DNA from: an uncultured Verrucomicrobiota bacterium
Lineage (GTDB): Bacteria; Verrucomicrobiota; Kiritimatiellia; CAIKKV01; CAITUY01
Assembly: GCA_964535015.1 (NCBI GenBank)
Contig: CAZHRU010000002.1
Location: forward strand, 2,215-66,214
Length of the DNA: 64,000 nucleotides
Reading direction: 5' to 3'
The translations under genes and the position numbers were made by a program. This document shows positions 24,071 to 34,397 of this stretch, one piece after another (position 1 is the first letter of the stretch; each line of letters opens with the position of its first letter). The notes below the pieces were generated by a model. That model was not told the origin of the DNA. It searched no databases and saw nothing but the letters and a program-made list of their open reading frames with translations.

Positions 24071-27000
24071 ATGACACGATCACCACGTTCTGACTCCACT
24101 CTGCCCCCCCCCAATACGCCCGACGCGGCTCCTTCTCCCTCCACCGAACCATTCTTCCGTTTCGTGGACTGGAGCGCCTTTTGGACCGCAACCATCGTTG
24201 TCTTGATTGTCTACGGCTTCACATTGGCGCCCACCGTAACACTCGAAGACTGCGGCGAACTTGCCGTCGGTTCCGATCATCTGGGGGTCCCCCACCCTCC
24301 CGGCTATCCAATCTGGACCATCATCACGTGGATCTTTACCAAAGTCTTCTTCTTTGTGCAGTTTCGCGGGCAACCCAATCCCGCCTGGAGCGTTGGATTC
24401 GCTTCGGCCGTCTTCGGGGCCTTGGCCAGCGGGTTCACCGCCATTCTGCTCTGCCGCAGCGGACGCGATATGCTGCGCAGCATCAAACGCACCACCGAAA
24501 TGATCGGCGAACGCACGGAAAGCATCATCTGCTGGGCAAGCGGCGTGGCCGCCAGCCTGCTACTGGCCTTCAGCCCCGTCGTCTGGTCGCAGGCCGTTAT
24601 CGTTGAGGTCTATAGTCTCAACGCCTTCTTTATGGCCGTGATCATGTTCGTCGCCTACGTCTGGATGCGAAAGGCCGACGAGCCAATCCGCGGGGTTTCC
24701 TGGCTCATCCTGGGAATTGCACTCACCTGTTTTGTTGTCATGGGATCCCGCCTTATCGTTCACCTCGGCCACTACTCTGACTTTGCGTCGGTTGGCATCC
24801 ACTACCTTCTCGGCTACCTGTTGATCGCCCTACTGGTCGGTGTCCTCGCTTACCTCTGGCGTCACCATCCTTCGAACCGACTCCTCTACCTGATGTCGTT
24901 AACCTTCGGCCTCGGCCTGACCAACTACCAGGTCATGCTCCTTTTCCTGGCGTCCCTGGCAGTAATCGTCCTCGTCAAGGACGTCAAACTCTTCCGCGAC
25001 TTCATCATCGCCGGCATTCCCTATGTGGTCTTCTATCTCCTGGCAACCATGGGCGGACTTCAGTCGCTTCTGGGGCCCGACGTCCGGATTACTTATCTGG
25101 GTATCATTCATCCCACCCATCCGTTGACCTATCTTTACATCCTGGCCAACTTCGCGTGGCTCGCCGTGGTCTATTTCAAATTCCCCTATGGACGTCAGGT
25201 GGCCCCGAGCATCCTGTGCATGGAACTTGGCCTGATTGTCTATGCCTTTATGCCCCTGGCCTCCGAAACCAATCCGCCCATCAACTGGGGGTATCCCCGC
25301 ACTTGGGAAGGGTTTGTTCACGCGATCACCCGCGGACAGTACGAAAAGATCGTTCCCACCAATATCTTCTCCAGCCAATTCATTCGTCAAATCGGCGACT
25401 ACATGAGCGACTTGCGCGCCAAGTTCACGTTGCCGGTGGCCATTCTTGGCATCCTGCCGTTCACCGCCTGGAGTGTCCGCATCGGCACGCGCCGCTACCG
25501 CGCCATTCATCTGGCCATTCTCTTTGCCGCCCTGGCCGTCGCCCTGATCACCATTGAGGAAGTCGCCGTTCCCACCGGCGTGCAAGTCGAGTGGCTGAGC
25601 CGTCTCTATCGCTTCCTGATCCTCGGGGCGGGCATTCTTATGACCATTGGCGGCATGTCCCTGATTGTCGGTGAGGTGGAAGAACTGCTACTAAAGCTTT
25701 CCGGACGCAGCCAGACCTCGTTCTCGGAAAGACTGACCATCGGCGCCGTCCTCCTCGGTGTCCTGGCGATTACCCTCTACATTGGCGGGAAACTTTTCGC
25801 CATCATGGTCAACCCCCAACTTGGACTCAATCCCAGTGAGAAGATGGGACTGTTCGCCCTCATTCTGATTCCCGTTATCGCCGCCGGCCTGGTGTGGCAC
25901 CTCATGCGCGGCAGTGGCGCCCTCGAATTCGAAGTGGACCGGACTGATCAGAAATGGATTCTGGCCGCCCTCTCGGGATTTATCGTCATGAGCGTGGTCA
26001 TGATCGCATTGGCCAATCCCAAAGGCGACATCCAGGATGAGTTCATCCAGCGCGTCAAGTTCATCCCGTCCCACGCACTCTTTGCCTTCTGGATCGGTTA
26101 CGGATTGCTGTTGGCCCTGGGAACAGTGGACACCCTCTTCAAGGGGAACCGCATCGTGATCTGGGCGGGAGTGATCTTTGTGGCGTTGGTTCTGCCGGCA
26201 TGGCCTATCCTGCAGAACGCCTACAACAAGGAACTGCTCCGCACCGATGGCGGCGCCGAACAGAACCGGCACGACTACGGCTGGCAGTTCGGAAACTACC
26301 AATTGCGTGGCGCCGAGGCCATTGCCGAGGAACTGTCGCCCGCGGAGGAGCCTCTTCCCGACCCCTCGTTCCCTCCCGAAATGGGGCCGCGCGCCGTATT
26401 CTTCGGCGGCACCGATCCGGGCCGGTTCGTCCCAACCTACATGATCTACTCCGCCCATGTGCGTTCGGATGTCCATCTGATTACCCAAAATGCGCTGGCC
26501 GACAACACCTACATGAGCGTGATGCGCGACCTCTATGGCGACGTCATCTGGATCCCTTCAACAAGCGACGGCAACAGCGCCTTCCAGCGTTACGTCGAAG
26601 ACGTGCGCGCCGGTAAAATCCCCGCCAGCGCCGACATCAAGATCGAGAACGGACGCGTCAGCGTCCAGGGCGTCGGCGGCGTCATGCTGATCAACGGCAT
26701 CCTGGCCCAGATGATCTTCGATCACAACAAACCCCGGCACAGCTTCTACGTCGAGGAAAGTTACGTCATCCAGTGGATGTACCCCCATCTTACCCCGCAC
26801 GGCCTGATCATGAAGATCAACACCAATCCGCTTATGGCCCTCCCGCCGGATAACGTCACCGCCGATATGGATTTCTGGGATTGGTACACCCGCCGCCTGA
26901 CCGGCGACCACGGCTTCCTGCGTGACATCGTCGCCCGGAAATCGTTCTCCAAACTCCGTAGCGCCATCGCCGGACTCTACGTCGTGCGAGGAATGTTTCC

Positions 27001-27640
27001 CGAGGCCGAACAGGCTTTCAAAGAGGGGGTCTCCCTGTACCCCCTGAGCCCGGAAGCCTGCTTCCGACTGGCGGATCTCTACCTGCGATGGAACCGTCCC
27101 AATGATGCAATCAAACTCATGGAAGACTTCTGCCGCCAGGACCCGGGCAATGACCGCGCCCAGGCTTTCGTGAATGACCTCAAAGGCCGGAATCAACTCT
27201 CTGACAAACGCCGCGAACTGGAGACCCTCCTGGCCTCCGGTAAGGCCAATGTCGGCACCGCCCTTGAATTGGTTGACCTCTATCGCAAACTCGGGCTTTC
27301 AGAACAGTTCCAGCAACTCGCCCGCAGCCTCTTGTCGCAGAAGGGACTGCCGCCCCAGATGTGCCTCCGCATCGCCCAGTTGGCCGCCGAGGACCGCAAA
27401 CCCGATCTCATGGAGGCGGCCCTTCAACAATACACCGAAGGCGTGCCTGCCGATATGCGCGGTTGGATTGACCTGGCTGGAATCCAACTCGCGGTTGGCA
27501 AACAGGAACCCGCCTTCGCCTCATTGCGCCAGGCCGTGAAGGTCGGCAAGGAATCCGCCATCGCGATGCTGCGGGATGACCCCCGCTTCCAGGCAATCCG
27601 CACCCTGCCCGCCTTCCAACAGTTGCTGGCGCCCCGGTAA
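24071..27640 (+). CDS. DUF2723 (TMEM260-like GT-C fold glycosyltransferase candidate) polytopic membrane protein fused to C-terminal TPR repeats
   Basis: Start trimmed to ATG 24071 (MTRSPRSD..). The N-terminal signature TLAPTVTLEDCGELAVGSDHLGVPHPPGYPIW is characteristic of DUF2723. There are more than 15 hydrophobic segments. The last ~250 aa look like TPRs (AEQAFKEGVSLYPLSPEACFRLADLYLRWNRPNDAIKLMEDF..). Confidence 0.8.
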   Translation: MTRSPRSDSTLPPPNTPDAAPSPSTEPFFRFVDWSAFWTATIVVLIVYGFTLAPTVTLEDCGELAVGSDHLGVPHPPGYPIWTIITWIFTKVFFFVQFRGQPNPAWSVGFASAVFGALASGFTAILLCRSGRDMLRSIKRTTEMIGERTESIICWASGVAASLLLAFSPVVWSQAVIVEVYSLNAFFMAVIMFVAYVWMRKADEPIRGVSWLILGIALTCFVVMGSRLIVHLGHYSDFASVGIHYLLGYLLIALLVGVLAYLWRHHPSNRLLYLMSLTFGLGLTNYQVMLLFLASLAVIVLVKDVKLFRDFIIAGIPYVVFYLLATMGGLQSLLGPDVRITYLGIIHPTHPLTYLYILANFAWLAVVYFKFPYGRQVAPSILCMELGLIVYAFMPLASETNPPINWGYPRTWEGFVHAITRGQYEKIVPTNIFSSQFIRQIGDYMSDLRAKFTLPVAILGILPFTAWSVRIGTRRYRAIHLAILFAALAVALITIEEVAVPTGVQVEWLSRLYRFLILGAGILMTIGGMSLIVGEVEELLLKLSGRSQTSFSERLTIGAVLLGVLAITLYIGGKLFAIMVNPQLGLNPSEKMGLFALILIPVIAAGLVWHLMRGSGALEFEVDRTDQKWILAALSGFIVMSVVMIALANPKGDIQDEFIQRVKFIPSHALFAFWIGYGLLLALGTVDTLFKGNRIVIWAGVIFVALVLPAWPILQNAYNKELLRTDGGAEQNRHDYGWQFGNYQLRGAEAIAEELSPAEEPLPDPSFPPEMGPRAVFFGGTDPGRFVPTYMIYSAHVRSDVHLITQNALADNTYMSVMRDLYGDVIWIPSTSDGNSAFQRYVEDVRAGKIPASADIKIENGRVSVQGVGGVMLINGILAQMIFDHNKPRHSFYVEESYVIQWMYPHLTPHGLIMKINTNPLMALPPDNVTADMDFWDWYTRRLTGDHGFLRDIVARKSFSKLRSAIAGLYVVRGMFPEAEQAFKEGVSLYPLSPEACFRLADLYLRWNRPNDAIKLMEDFCRQDPGNDRAQAFVNDLKGRNQLSDKRRELETLLASGKANVGTALELVDLYRKLGLSEQFQQLARSLLSQKGLPPQMCLRIAQLAAEDRKPDLMEAALQQYTEGVPADMRGWIDLAGIQLAVGKQEPAFASLRQAVKVGKESAIAMLRDDPRFQAIRTLPAFQQLLAPR

Positions 27641-27641
27641 T

Positions 27642-28385
27642 TCACGCACCGGGAAACTCATAGGACAGGATGCTCAACCCGTAGAGCGCCGCGGTTTCAA
27701 CGCGCAGTACGCGACGTCCGTAACTCACAGGCACCGCCCCCTGGCTCCGGGCAAGTTCCAGTTCGGACGGCGAAAAGTCGCCCTCCGGCCCGATGAGCAA
27801 CGCCACCGACCTGGGCTGCTTTCCCTCCAGGGAACGCAGGTAACGTTTGAGCGGAATGGCGTCTTCCTCCAACGAACCGACCAGAACCAACTCCGTCTCC
27901 AACTTTGACGCCAGCAGTTGCTTGAAAGACACCAGCGGGGCAATCCTCGGTATCCAGGCGGTTCGACACTGTTTGGCCGCTTCCTCCGCAATCTTCTGCC
28001 ACCGCACCACCCGTTGATCGGCCCTCTCTCCCTCCAGCCGGACCACCCCTCTTTCCGTCATCACAGGGATAATGGACCACACCCCAATCTCCGTGGCCTT
28101 CTGGATGATCCACTCCATCTTTTGGGACTTGGGGATTGCCTGGACAAGCGTCACCAGCACAACACCCATCGGCTGACTTGTGCGCTCGCACACCTCCGCA
28201 ATCAGGATGCCGCGATCGTCGCCCGCAATCCGGCACAAGGCTTCACCGCCATGCCCGTCGCAGACAATCACGGAATCCCCTGACCCAAACCGCAACACAG
28301 TGGCGATATGCCGTGAATCTCCGGCGGAAAGCCGGATCCGATCACCGGCCCATGAGGCAGACTCTACAAAACAGCGTGGTATCAT
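27642..28385 (-). CDS. rsmE: 16S rRNA (uracil1498-N3)-methyltransferase
   Basis: 247 aa. Motif [14 protein letters not shown] plus a PUA-like N-terminus. The start overlaps the dnaJ stop by 4 nt. Confidence 0.88.
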   Translation of the reverse strand: MIPRCFVESASWAGDRIRLSAGDSRHIATVLRFGSGDSVIVCDGHGGEALCRIAGDDRGILIAEVCERTSQPMGVVLVTLVQAIPKSQKMEWIIQKATEIGVWSIIPVMTERGVVRLEGERADQRVVRWQKIAEEAAKQCRTAWIPRIAPLVSFKQLLASKLETELVLVGSLEEDAIPLKRYLRSLEGKQPRSVALLIGPEGDFSPSELELARSQGAVPVSYGRRVLRVETAALYGLSILSYEFPGA

Positions 28386-29578
28386 GATTCCGTCTTGGAA
28401 CGCTTCAGGTCATCCCGGACCTTCAGGAAGGCCGCCGCCTGCTCATGACTTTTCCGGACAAGGGGATAATTGTCCCCATTGCACTGATCCGCAAACTCGC
28501 GCAGTGCCTTTTTCTGCTTCGAACTCAGCCGCGACGGAACCTCTATGATCACTTTGACGTGCAGATCCCCTGCGCCGTACCCCTCGACACTTGGCGCCCC
28601 TTTTCCGCGCAAACGATAGACCTTCCCGCTCTCGGTGCCGGCCTCAATCTTTAACCGGGCCAACCCCTCCAGCGTGGGCACGTCCACTTCACCGCCGAGT
28701 GCGGCCACATCAAACGCGACCGGGATTTCACAGTACAGATCAGAGCCTTCCCGGTGGAAGAAGTTGTGCGATTTCACATGCAGGATGACGTATAGATCTC
28801 CGGCAGTCCCGCCACGAACCCCACCCTCACCGCGACCGGCCAGACGCAGGCGCGATCCGGTTTCCACCCCTGGCGGGATCCGAAGCGTCAGACGTTTCCT
28901 GGTCTTCTGTCGCCCGGCCCCGCCGCACGCACGACAGGGCTTGATGATCACCCGGCCTCGGCCACCGCAAACCGGACAGGTTTGCCGCACCTGAAAAAAC
29001 CCGCTGGACGCCACCACGGCCCCGCGGCCGCCACACTGCTTGCAGGTTTCTTCCGAGGACCCCGGTTCACTCCCGCTGCCTCCGCAGGTGGCGCACTGCT
29101 CCGCCATCGGCAGGGTGATCTCCCGGTGCGAACCGAACAACGCCTCTTCAAACTCAACTTCCAGGTCAAACCGCAGGTCCGCCCCCTGCTGGGGCCCCGT
29201 CCGGGACCCGCGCCGCCCGCCACCCCCGAATACATCCTCAAATACACTGCCGCTCTCCCCGAAGAGACTGCCAAACAAATCCTGAAGATCCGATACGTGG
29301 GTGAAGTCGCGCGAGAAATCAAATCCGCCCGGACCGAACGCCGAACGCATCCCATCATGCCCATACTGATCATATTGCCGCCGCTTGTTCTCGTCGCTCA
29401 GCACCTCGTAGGCTTCGCTGATCTCCTTGAACTTCAACTCAGCGGCTTTGTCGCCCTGGTTGCGGTCCGGGTGATGCTGCATCGCCAGACGGCGATAGGC
29501 CTTCTTGATCTCATCGCCCGATGCCGTCCGCGGGATGCCAAGCACCTCGTAATAGTCTCTTTTTGTTTCCGCCGCCAT
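28382..29578 (-). CDS. dnaJ: Molecular chaperone DnaJ
   Basis: J-domain [13 protein letters not shown]...HPDRN, a G/F-rich linker and four CxxCxGxG zinc motifs ([32 protein letters not shown]). Confidence 0.95.
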   Translation of the reverse strand: MAAETKRDYYEVLGIPRTASGDEIKKAYRRLAMQHHPDRNQGDKAAELKFKEISEAYEVLSDENKRRQYDQYGHDGMRSAFGPGGFDFSRDFTHVSDLQDLFGSLFGESGSVFEDVFGGGGRRGSRTGPQQGADLRFDLEVEFEEALFGSHREITLPMAEQCATCGGSGSEPGSSEETCKQCGGRGAVVASSGFFQVRQTCPVCGGRGRVIIKPCRACGGAGRQKTRKRLTLRIPPGVETGSRLRLAGRGEGGVRGGTAGDLYVILHVKSHNFFHREGSDLYCEIPVAFDVAALGGEVDVPTLEGLARLKIEAGTESGKVYRLRGKGAPSVEGYGAGDLHVKVIIEVPSRLSSKQKKALREFADQCNGDNYPLVRKSHEQAAAFLKVRDDLKRSKTES

Positions 29579-29590
29579 CCCGGAGCACCC

Positions 29591-30124
29591 TTACGAAGTC
29601 GGTTGACCCTCGCCCTTTTGCCCCGCCGCGCCCTTGAGGTCCCCGTGCAGGAACGATAATACGTCCTTGAATTTGATGATGTTCTCCGGCGCCACCTCGA
29701 TCAGTATCTCATGCGCTTCAATCATGCTCTCGGTCAATTCCCGCTTGTCATGATTCACCGCGAGGCTTTCCGCCACCGAAGGCATCGTCTCTCCTGCGCT
29801 GGACTCCTCGTCGAACTTGACCAACGTGGCCAGGCCCAGCATCTTGATCAAATACTTGTTCTTGTCACTGGCGTTACGCAACACCAGGGCGCCTTCACTT
29901 TTGTTCATGCTGACGGCCAAACCGGCCAGCGTTCCCATGAACGTGCTGTCCATGCCGGCGCAGTCAGCCAGATCCACCAGGATTCGGGTGCAACCTCGGT
30001 CCATGGACACCGTCCCGAACTCCTTCAATGACGGCCCCACCTTGAACGTTCCCCGCCCGTGAACCCGCACATAGGCACTTCTATCGCGGATCGCGACCTC
30101 TATACTATCACTCGCATTTTCCAT
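29591..30124 (-). CDS. STAS-domain protein (anti-sigma-factor-antagonist-like) with a ~70-aa C-terminal extension
   Basis: Residues 1-105 follow the SpoIIAA/STAS pattern (YVRVHGRGTF..., ILVDLADCAGMDSTFMGTLAGL, LVLRNASDKNKYLIKMLGL). Confidence 0.65.
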   Translation of the reverse strand: MENASDSIEVAIRDRSAYVRVHGRGTFKVGPSLKEFGTVSMDRGCTRILVDLADCAGMDSTFMGTLAGLAVSMNKSEGALVLRNASDKNKYLIKMLGLATLVKFDEESSAGETMPSVAESLAVNHDKRELTESMIEAHEILIEVAPENIIKFKDVLSFLHGDLKGAAGQKGEGQPTS

Positions 30125-30176
30125 AGTTAGGAATGCCCCTCATCAAAGAAACGGAAAAAGGCTAACACCTGACCGG

Positions 30177-30857
30177 TCAACTGTCAATGTAGGGAGCAAG
30201 GACGACAACAATTTCTCCTTTAACAGTCCGACCCGAAAAAGCCCGCCTGATATCGGCCGCCGACCCCCAAACCGTCTCCTCGAACTTCTTGGTCAACTCC
30301 CGCCCCACAAAGAGTTGCCGGTCTGACAGGACTTCCTCAATCACATCCATCAGCTTTCCCAACCGGTAAGGGGATTCGAACAACACCACAGGCAACGGCA
30401 CGGCACGCACCTGTTCCAGCAACCTGCACATGGCGCCCCGCTTGCGCGGCGCGAACCCAGCAAATACAAATCCGTTGGAGACAAACCCGCTCAACGCCAC
30501 GGCGGTCGTCACTGCGCTGGGTCCGGGAATCGCGGTCACCGCCACCCCCGCACTGCGGCAGGCCGTCACCATGCGCGAACCCGGGTCCGATATCCCGGGC
30601 ATCCCCGAGTCGGTCACCAGCGCCAACGCCTGCCCATCCCGAATGCGTTGCACAATACTGTCCGCCCGCGCGGCTTCATTGAACTTATGGCAACTCATGA
30701 CCGGCTTATCAATCCCGTACCGGTTCAACAGAATCCGGGTGTGCCGCGTGTCCTCGGTGAGAATCGCATCCACGCTCCGCAGGGTTGCCAGACCGCGCGC
30801 GGAAATATCGTCGAGATTGCCGATGGGGGTCCCCACCAAATAGAGTCCCGCATTCAT
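30177..30857 (-). CDS. rsmI: 16S rRNA (cytidine1402-2'-O)-methyltransferase
   Basis: LYLVGTPIGNLDDIS N-terminal motif. Tetrapyrrole-methylase-fold length (226 aa). Confidence 0.9.
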   Translation of the reverse strand: MNAGLYLVGTPIGNLDDISARGLATLRSVDAILTEDTRHTRILLNRYGIDKPVMSCHKFNEAARADSIVQRIRDGQALALVTDSGMPGISDPGSRMVTACRSAGVAVTAIPGPSAVTTAVALSGFVSNGFVFAGFAPRKRGAMCRLLEQVRAVPLPVVLFESPYRLGKLMDVIEEVLSDRQLFVGRELTKKFEETVWGSAADIRRAFSGRTVKGEIVVVLAPYIDS

Positions 30858-30897
30858 CTCGGCCTCAACATCTGAAAGTCGTTAAATTGCTTCATGC

Positions 30898-30925
30898 TTG
30901 GTTTTTTCTGAAAGCGGCATACAAT
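30898..30925 (+). promoter_or_regulatory. Candidate sigma70-type promoter for the GT4 gene string
   Basis: TTGGTT (30898..30903), a 16-nt spacer, then TACAAT (30920..30925), about 35 nt upstream of ATG 30962. Confidence 0.35.
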
Positions 30926-30961
30926 GAGCCACTATTTCTAAGGGTTTCAGGCGGGAAAGCA

Positions 30962-32077
30962 ATGCGAATTTGCGTGGATATTCAACCGGCGGTGGCACAA
31001 CGGGCTGGCGTGGGACGCTACACCAAGTATCTGGTCGAGCATCTTGGCGAATTCTCCGGCAACGATTCCCTCTCCCTGTTCTATTTCGATTTCCGCGGCC
31101 GCGGCCTTTCCTTTCAGGCTCCTCGCACCACCCCCTGCCCCTGTCGCTGGGTTCCCGGACGCCTCATTCAGCAGGCCTGGAAACGCCTGGATTGGCCCCC
31201 GTTCAACTGGTTCTCAGGCGCTGCCGATCTGTACCACTTCCCGAATTTCACCATCCCCCCCGTAACCACCGGACGCCACGTGGTCACCATCCACGACATG
31301 AGTTTTCTCCGGTTCCCGCAGTTTGCCGAAACGAAGAACCTTCAGTACCTCACCTCCGTCATCCATAAAACCGTCGCCCGTGCGGATGCCATCATCACCG
31401 ATTCACGCTTCAGCGCCGCCGAAATCGCCGACTGCCTTCACGTAACCGCAGACCGGATCTTCCCGGTCCATCTGGGCGTTGCCCCTGAGTGCCGCCGGGC
31501 AACCCCTGACGCCGTCGCATCCCTCCGTCAACGTCTGGGTCTTGATCGCCCGTATCTCCTGACGGTGGGCACCCTCGAACCCCGGAAGAATATCCCGTTT
31601 CTCATCGACGCCTTTGAAAACCTGCGGGGGTTCGATGGCGACCTCGTGATCGCCGGTATGCGCGGCTGGAAGTATGAACCGATTCTTGAACGCATGCGGA
31701 ATTCCTCGTGTGCCGCCCGCCTCCGTTACCTTGAATACGTTGACGACCGCGACCTGCCCGCCCTCTACACCGGCGCCAACCTGTTCGTTACCACATCGTT
31801 CTACGAGGGATTTGGCCTGCCTCCCCTGGAGTCCATGGCCTGCGGAACCCCCGTCATCTCCTCAACCGGAGGCTCCCTGGCCGAAGTCGTCGGCGACGGC
31901 GGAATCACACTCGCCGGGTTCGATGCGGACCAGTGGACCGATACCATGGCCAGCGTCCTTCAGGCCCCGAACCGCCACGCCGATCTTGTCCGGAAGGGAT
32001 CGACCCATGCCGCCCGGTTTGACTGGCGGGAAACCGCCCGCCAGACCTTTAACGTCTATCGCCAGGTGTGCCCATGA
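30962..32077 (+). CDS. Glycosyltransferase family 4 (GT-B)
   Basis: Start trimmed to ATG 30962 (MRICVDIQPAVAQRAGVGRY). C-terminal EX7E-type motif YEGFGLPPLESMACGTPVI. Confidence 0.85.
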   Translation: MRICVDIQPAVAQRAGVGRYTKYLVEHLGEFSGNDSLSLFYFDFRGRGLSFQAPRTTPCPCRWVPGRLIQQAWKRLDWPPFNWFSGAADLYHFPNFTIPPVTTGRHVVTIHDMSFLRFPQFAETKNLQYLTSVIHKTVARADAIITDSRFSAAEIADCLHVTADRIFPVHLGVAPECRRATPDAVASLRQRLGLDRPYLLTVGTLEPRKNIPFLIDAFENLRGFDGDLVIAGMRGWKYEPILERMRNSSCAARLRYLEYVDDRDLPALYTGANLFVTTSFYEGFGLPPLESMACGTPVISSTGGSLAEVVGDGGITLAGFDADQWTDTMASVLQAPNRHADLVRKGSTHAARFDWRETARQTFNVYRQVCP

Positions 32078-33252
32078 GGATTGCCATCGACGCCCGCTGG
32101 ATATTCAACGAGATTTCCGGCATCGGAGCCCACACCCGTGAATTGTTGCGGCATCTGGCCGCACTCGACCGGAAGAACTCCTACCTCCTGCTCTTCGCGG
32201 ATCGCCAATTGGCCGAACGGACCTGGAGCGAGGCTCAACTCTCAGACAAGCCAAACTTCAGGCCCGACATCCTGCCCTGGGGCATTTTCTCACCCCGGAG
32301 TCAACTGATGCTGCCTCTACATCTGCGTTCCAGGCGGATCGATGTCTTTCATTCCACCAATTACATGATTCCGTTGGCCGCCTTTCCAAAGGGTAAGATG
32401 GGGCGCGTCAAGTGTGTCGCCACCATCCACGACCTGATCCCCCTGATCTTTCCTTCCGCCACCCCGCGCGCATTGAAGACCCGTCTCTTCCCCATCTACA
32501 AGCGACTCATGCTTGAAGTGGGCGCCAGGGCGGATCGCATCATCACCGTCAGCGAGGCCTCGCGGACCGACGTCATCTCGCACCTCCACATCCCCGCGGA
32601 ACGCCACCCTTCCGTGGTGGCCATCCATAACGGTGTCTCCGATCTGTTCAAACCCGCAACCGAACCGGTCAGCAACGGCAACGGTGCGCAAACCATCCTT
32701 TATGTCGGACGATGCGATCCGTACAAGAATCTCGTCAATCTGATCGAGGCGTTCGCTATCGCCCGCGCGCAAAGCCCACGCCCACTGCGCCTGACTATCA
32801 TCGGTTCCGCCGATCCCCGCTATCCCGAAGCGGAGAACCGAATCCGTGAACTGGGCCTCAACGCCCATGTGAACCGCGTCGGCTACCAGTCAACCCAGGA
32901 ATTGGTCCGGGCCTATCAGGCCGCCGCCGCCACCATCCTGCCCTCCCGTTACGAGGGTTTCGGATTCCCCGTCGTGGAATCCATGGCCTGCGGGACTCCG
33001 GTCATCTGTAGCGACATTCCCGTACTGAAGGAAGTCGCTGGCGATGCCGCCTTGCTCGTCTCCCCCGATGACATCCCGGCCATGGCCGGGGCCATGCTAA
33101 AGGCCGTCAACGATCCCGCCCTGCGGGACAGCCTCGTCCGGGCTGGCCTCGCCCGTGCCTCCCGTTTCACCTGGCTTGAAAATGCCCGTCGAACCCTGGC
33201 TCTCTACGAGGCAATGCACCGCACCGCGGAAACACCGGAGTCTGCCGTATGA
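32068..33252 (+). CDS. Glycosyltransferase family 4 (GT-B)
   Basis: MPMRIAIDARWIFNEISGIG N-terminus and the YEGFGFPVVESMACGTPVI motif. It overlaps the upstream GT by 10 nt. Confidence 0.85.
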   Translation: MPMRIAIDARWIFNEISGIGAHTRELLRHLAALDRKNSYLLLFADRQLAERTWSEAQLSDKPNFRPDILPWGIFSPRSQLMLPLHLRSRRIDVFHSTNYMIPLAAFPKGKMGRVKCVATIHDLIPLIFPSATPRALKTRLFPIYKRLMLEVGARADRIITVSEASRTDVISHLHIPAERHPSVVAIHNGVSDLFKPATEPVSNGNGAQTILYVGRCDPYKNLVNLIEAFAIARAQSPRPLRLTIIGSADPRYPEAENRIRELGLNAHVNRVGYQSTQELVRAYQAAAATILPSRYEGFGFPVVESMACGTPVICSDIPVLKEVAGDAALLVSPDDIPAMAGAMLKAVNDPALRDSLVRAGLARASRFTWLENARRTLALYEAMHRTAETPESAV

Positions 33253-34367
33253 ACCATGATTTCCCTCCAGCATGGTCCACGCTGAATACCCTGCTCTGCC
33301 ACGACTGGTTAACCGGGATGCGCGGCGGCGAACGGGTTCTGGAAATTCTCTGCGAGGGCTTCCCTTCTGCCCCCCTCTACACCCTCATCCACAACCCGTC
33401 CGCTGTCTCAGAGACCATTAACCGCCACCCCATTCACACCTCGTGGTTACAGTCCCTGCCCGGCATTGCACGTCACTACCGCCACCTGTTGCCTCTGTTC
33501 CCCGGCGCCATGGAACGGTTCCGCCCCGCCCCCGCCGACCTGCTGATCAGCACCAGTCACTGCGTTGCCAAGAACCTCATCGTGCCGGCCAACACCGCCC
33601 ATCTCTGTTACTGCTTCACCCCCATGCGCTACGCCTGGCTGTTCCAGGGCGAATACCTCGGCGCCAATCCATTGAAACGCCTGGCCGCCCGTCCCATTCT
33701 GGCGTGGCTGCGCCGCCACGATCGCATCACCGCAAACCGCGTCACGCGATTTGTCGCCATCAGCCGCCATGTTCAAACCCGGATCAAGACCTTCTACAAC
33801 CGGGATTCGGATGTCGTTTACCCGCCTGTGGATCTCGACCGGTGGACGCCCCACCCCCATGCTCCCGAGTCCTTTGAACTGGTGGCTTCCGCCCTGGTTC
33901 CCTATAAGCGCCTGGACCTCGCCGTCCGGGCCTACACCCGTATGGGGCGCCCTCTCAAGGTGGTGGGCGTGGGGTCCGAAATGGCGACCCTGCGGCGTCT
34001 CGCAGGCCCCTCCATCGAGTTCCTCGGATGGCAGTCGGATGCCCAACTCCTCGACCTCTACCGGCGATGCCGTGCCCTCATTTTCCCGGGTGAGGAGGAT
34101 TTCGGCATCATCCCCCTTGAAGTGCAGGCCTGCGGGAGACCCGTAGTCGCCTTCGCCCGCGGCGGCGCCCTGGAGACCGTCGCCGATGGCATCTCCGGTG
34201 TCTTCTTCCAGGAGCAGACGGAGGAATCGCTAATCGAGGCCGTGGATCGTTGTACCACCCGGACTTGGGATTCCAACACCATCCGCCATCAGGCCGAGCG
34301 TTTCGGGGTAAACACCTTCATCGAAGGCTTGAATCAGTCGATTATCAAAACGCTGGAAACTCGTTGA
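33249..34367 (+). CDS. Glycosyltransferase family 4 (GT-B)
   Basis: CHDWLTGMRGGERVLE N-terminus and the EEDFGIIPLEVQACGRPVV motif. ATGA overlap with the upstream GT. Confidence 0.85.
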   Translation: MNHDFPPAWSTLNTLLCHDWLTGMRGGERVLEILCEGFPSAPLYTLIHNPSAVSETINRHPIHTSWLQSLPGIARHYRHLLPLFPGAMERFRPAPADLLISTSHCVAKNLIVPANTAHLCYCFTPMRYAWLFQGEYLGANPLKRLAARPILAWLRRHDRITANRVTRFVAISRHVQTRIKTFYNRDSDVVYPPVDLDRWTPHPHAPESFELVASALVPYKRLDLAVRAYTRMGRPLKVVGVGSEMATLRRLAGPSIEFLGWQSDAQLLDLYRRCRALIFPGEEDFGIIPLEVQACGRPVVAFARGGALETVADGISGVFFQEQTEESLIEAVDRCTTRTWDSNTIRHQAERFGVNTFIEGLNQSIIKTLETR

Positions 34368-34397
34368 AAAAACGATTCGCGATTCACAACGCAACGC

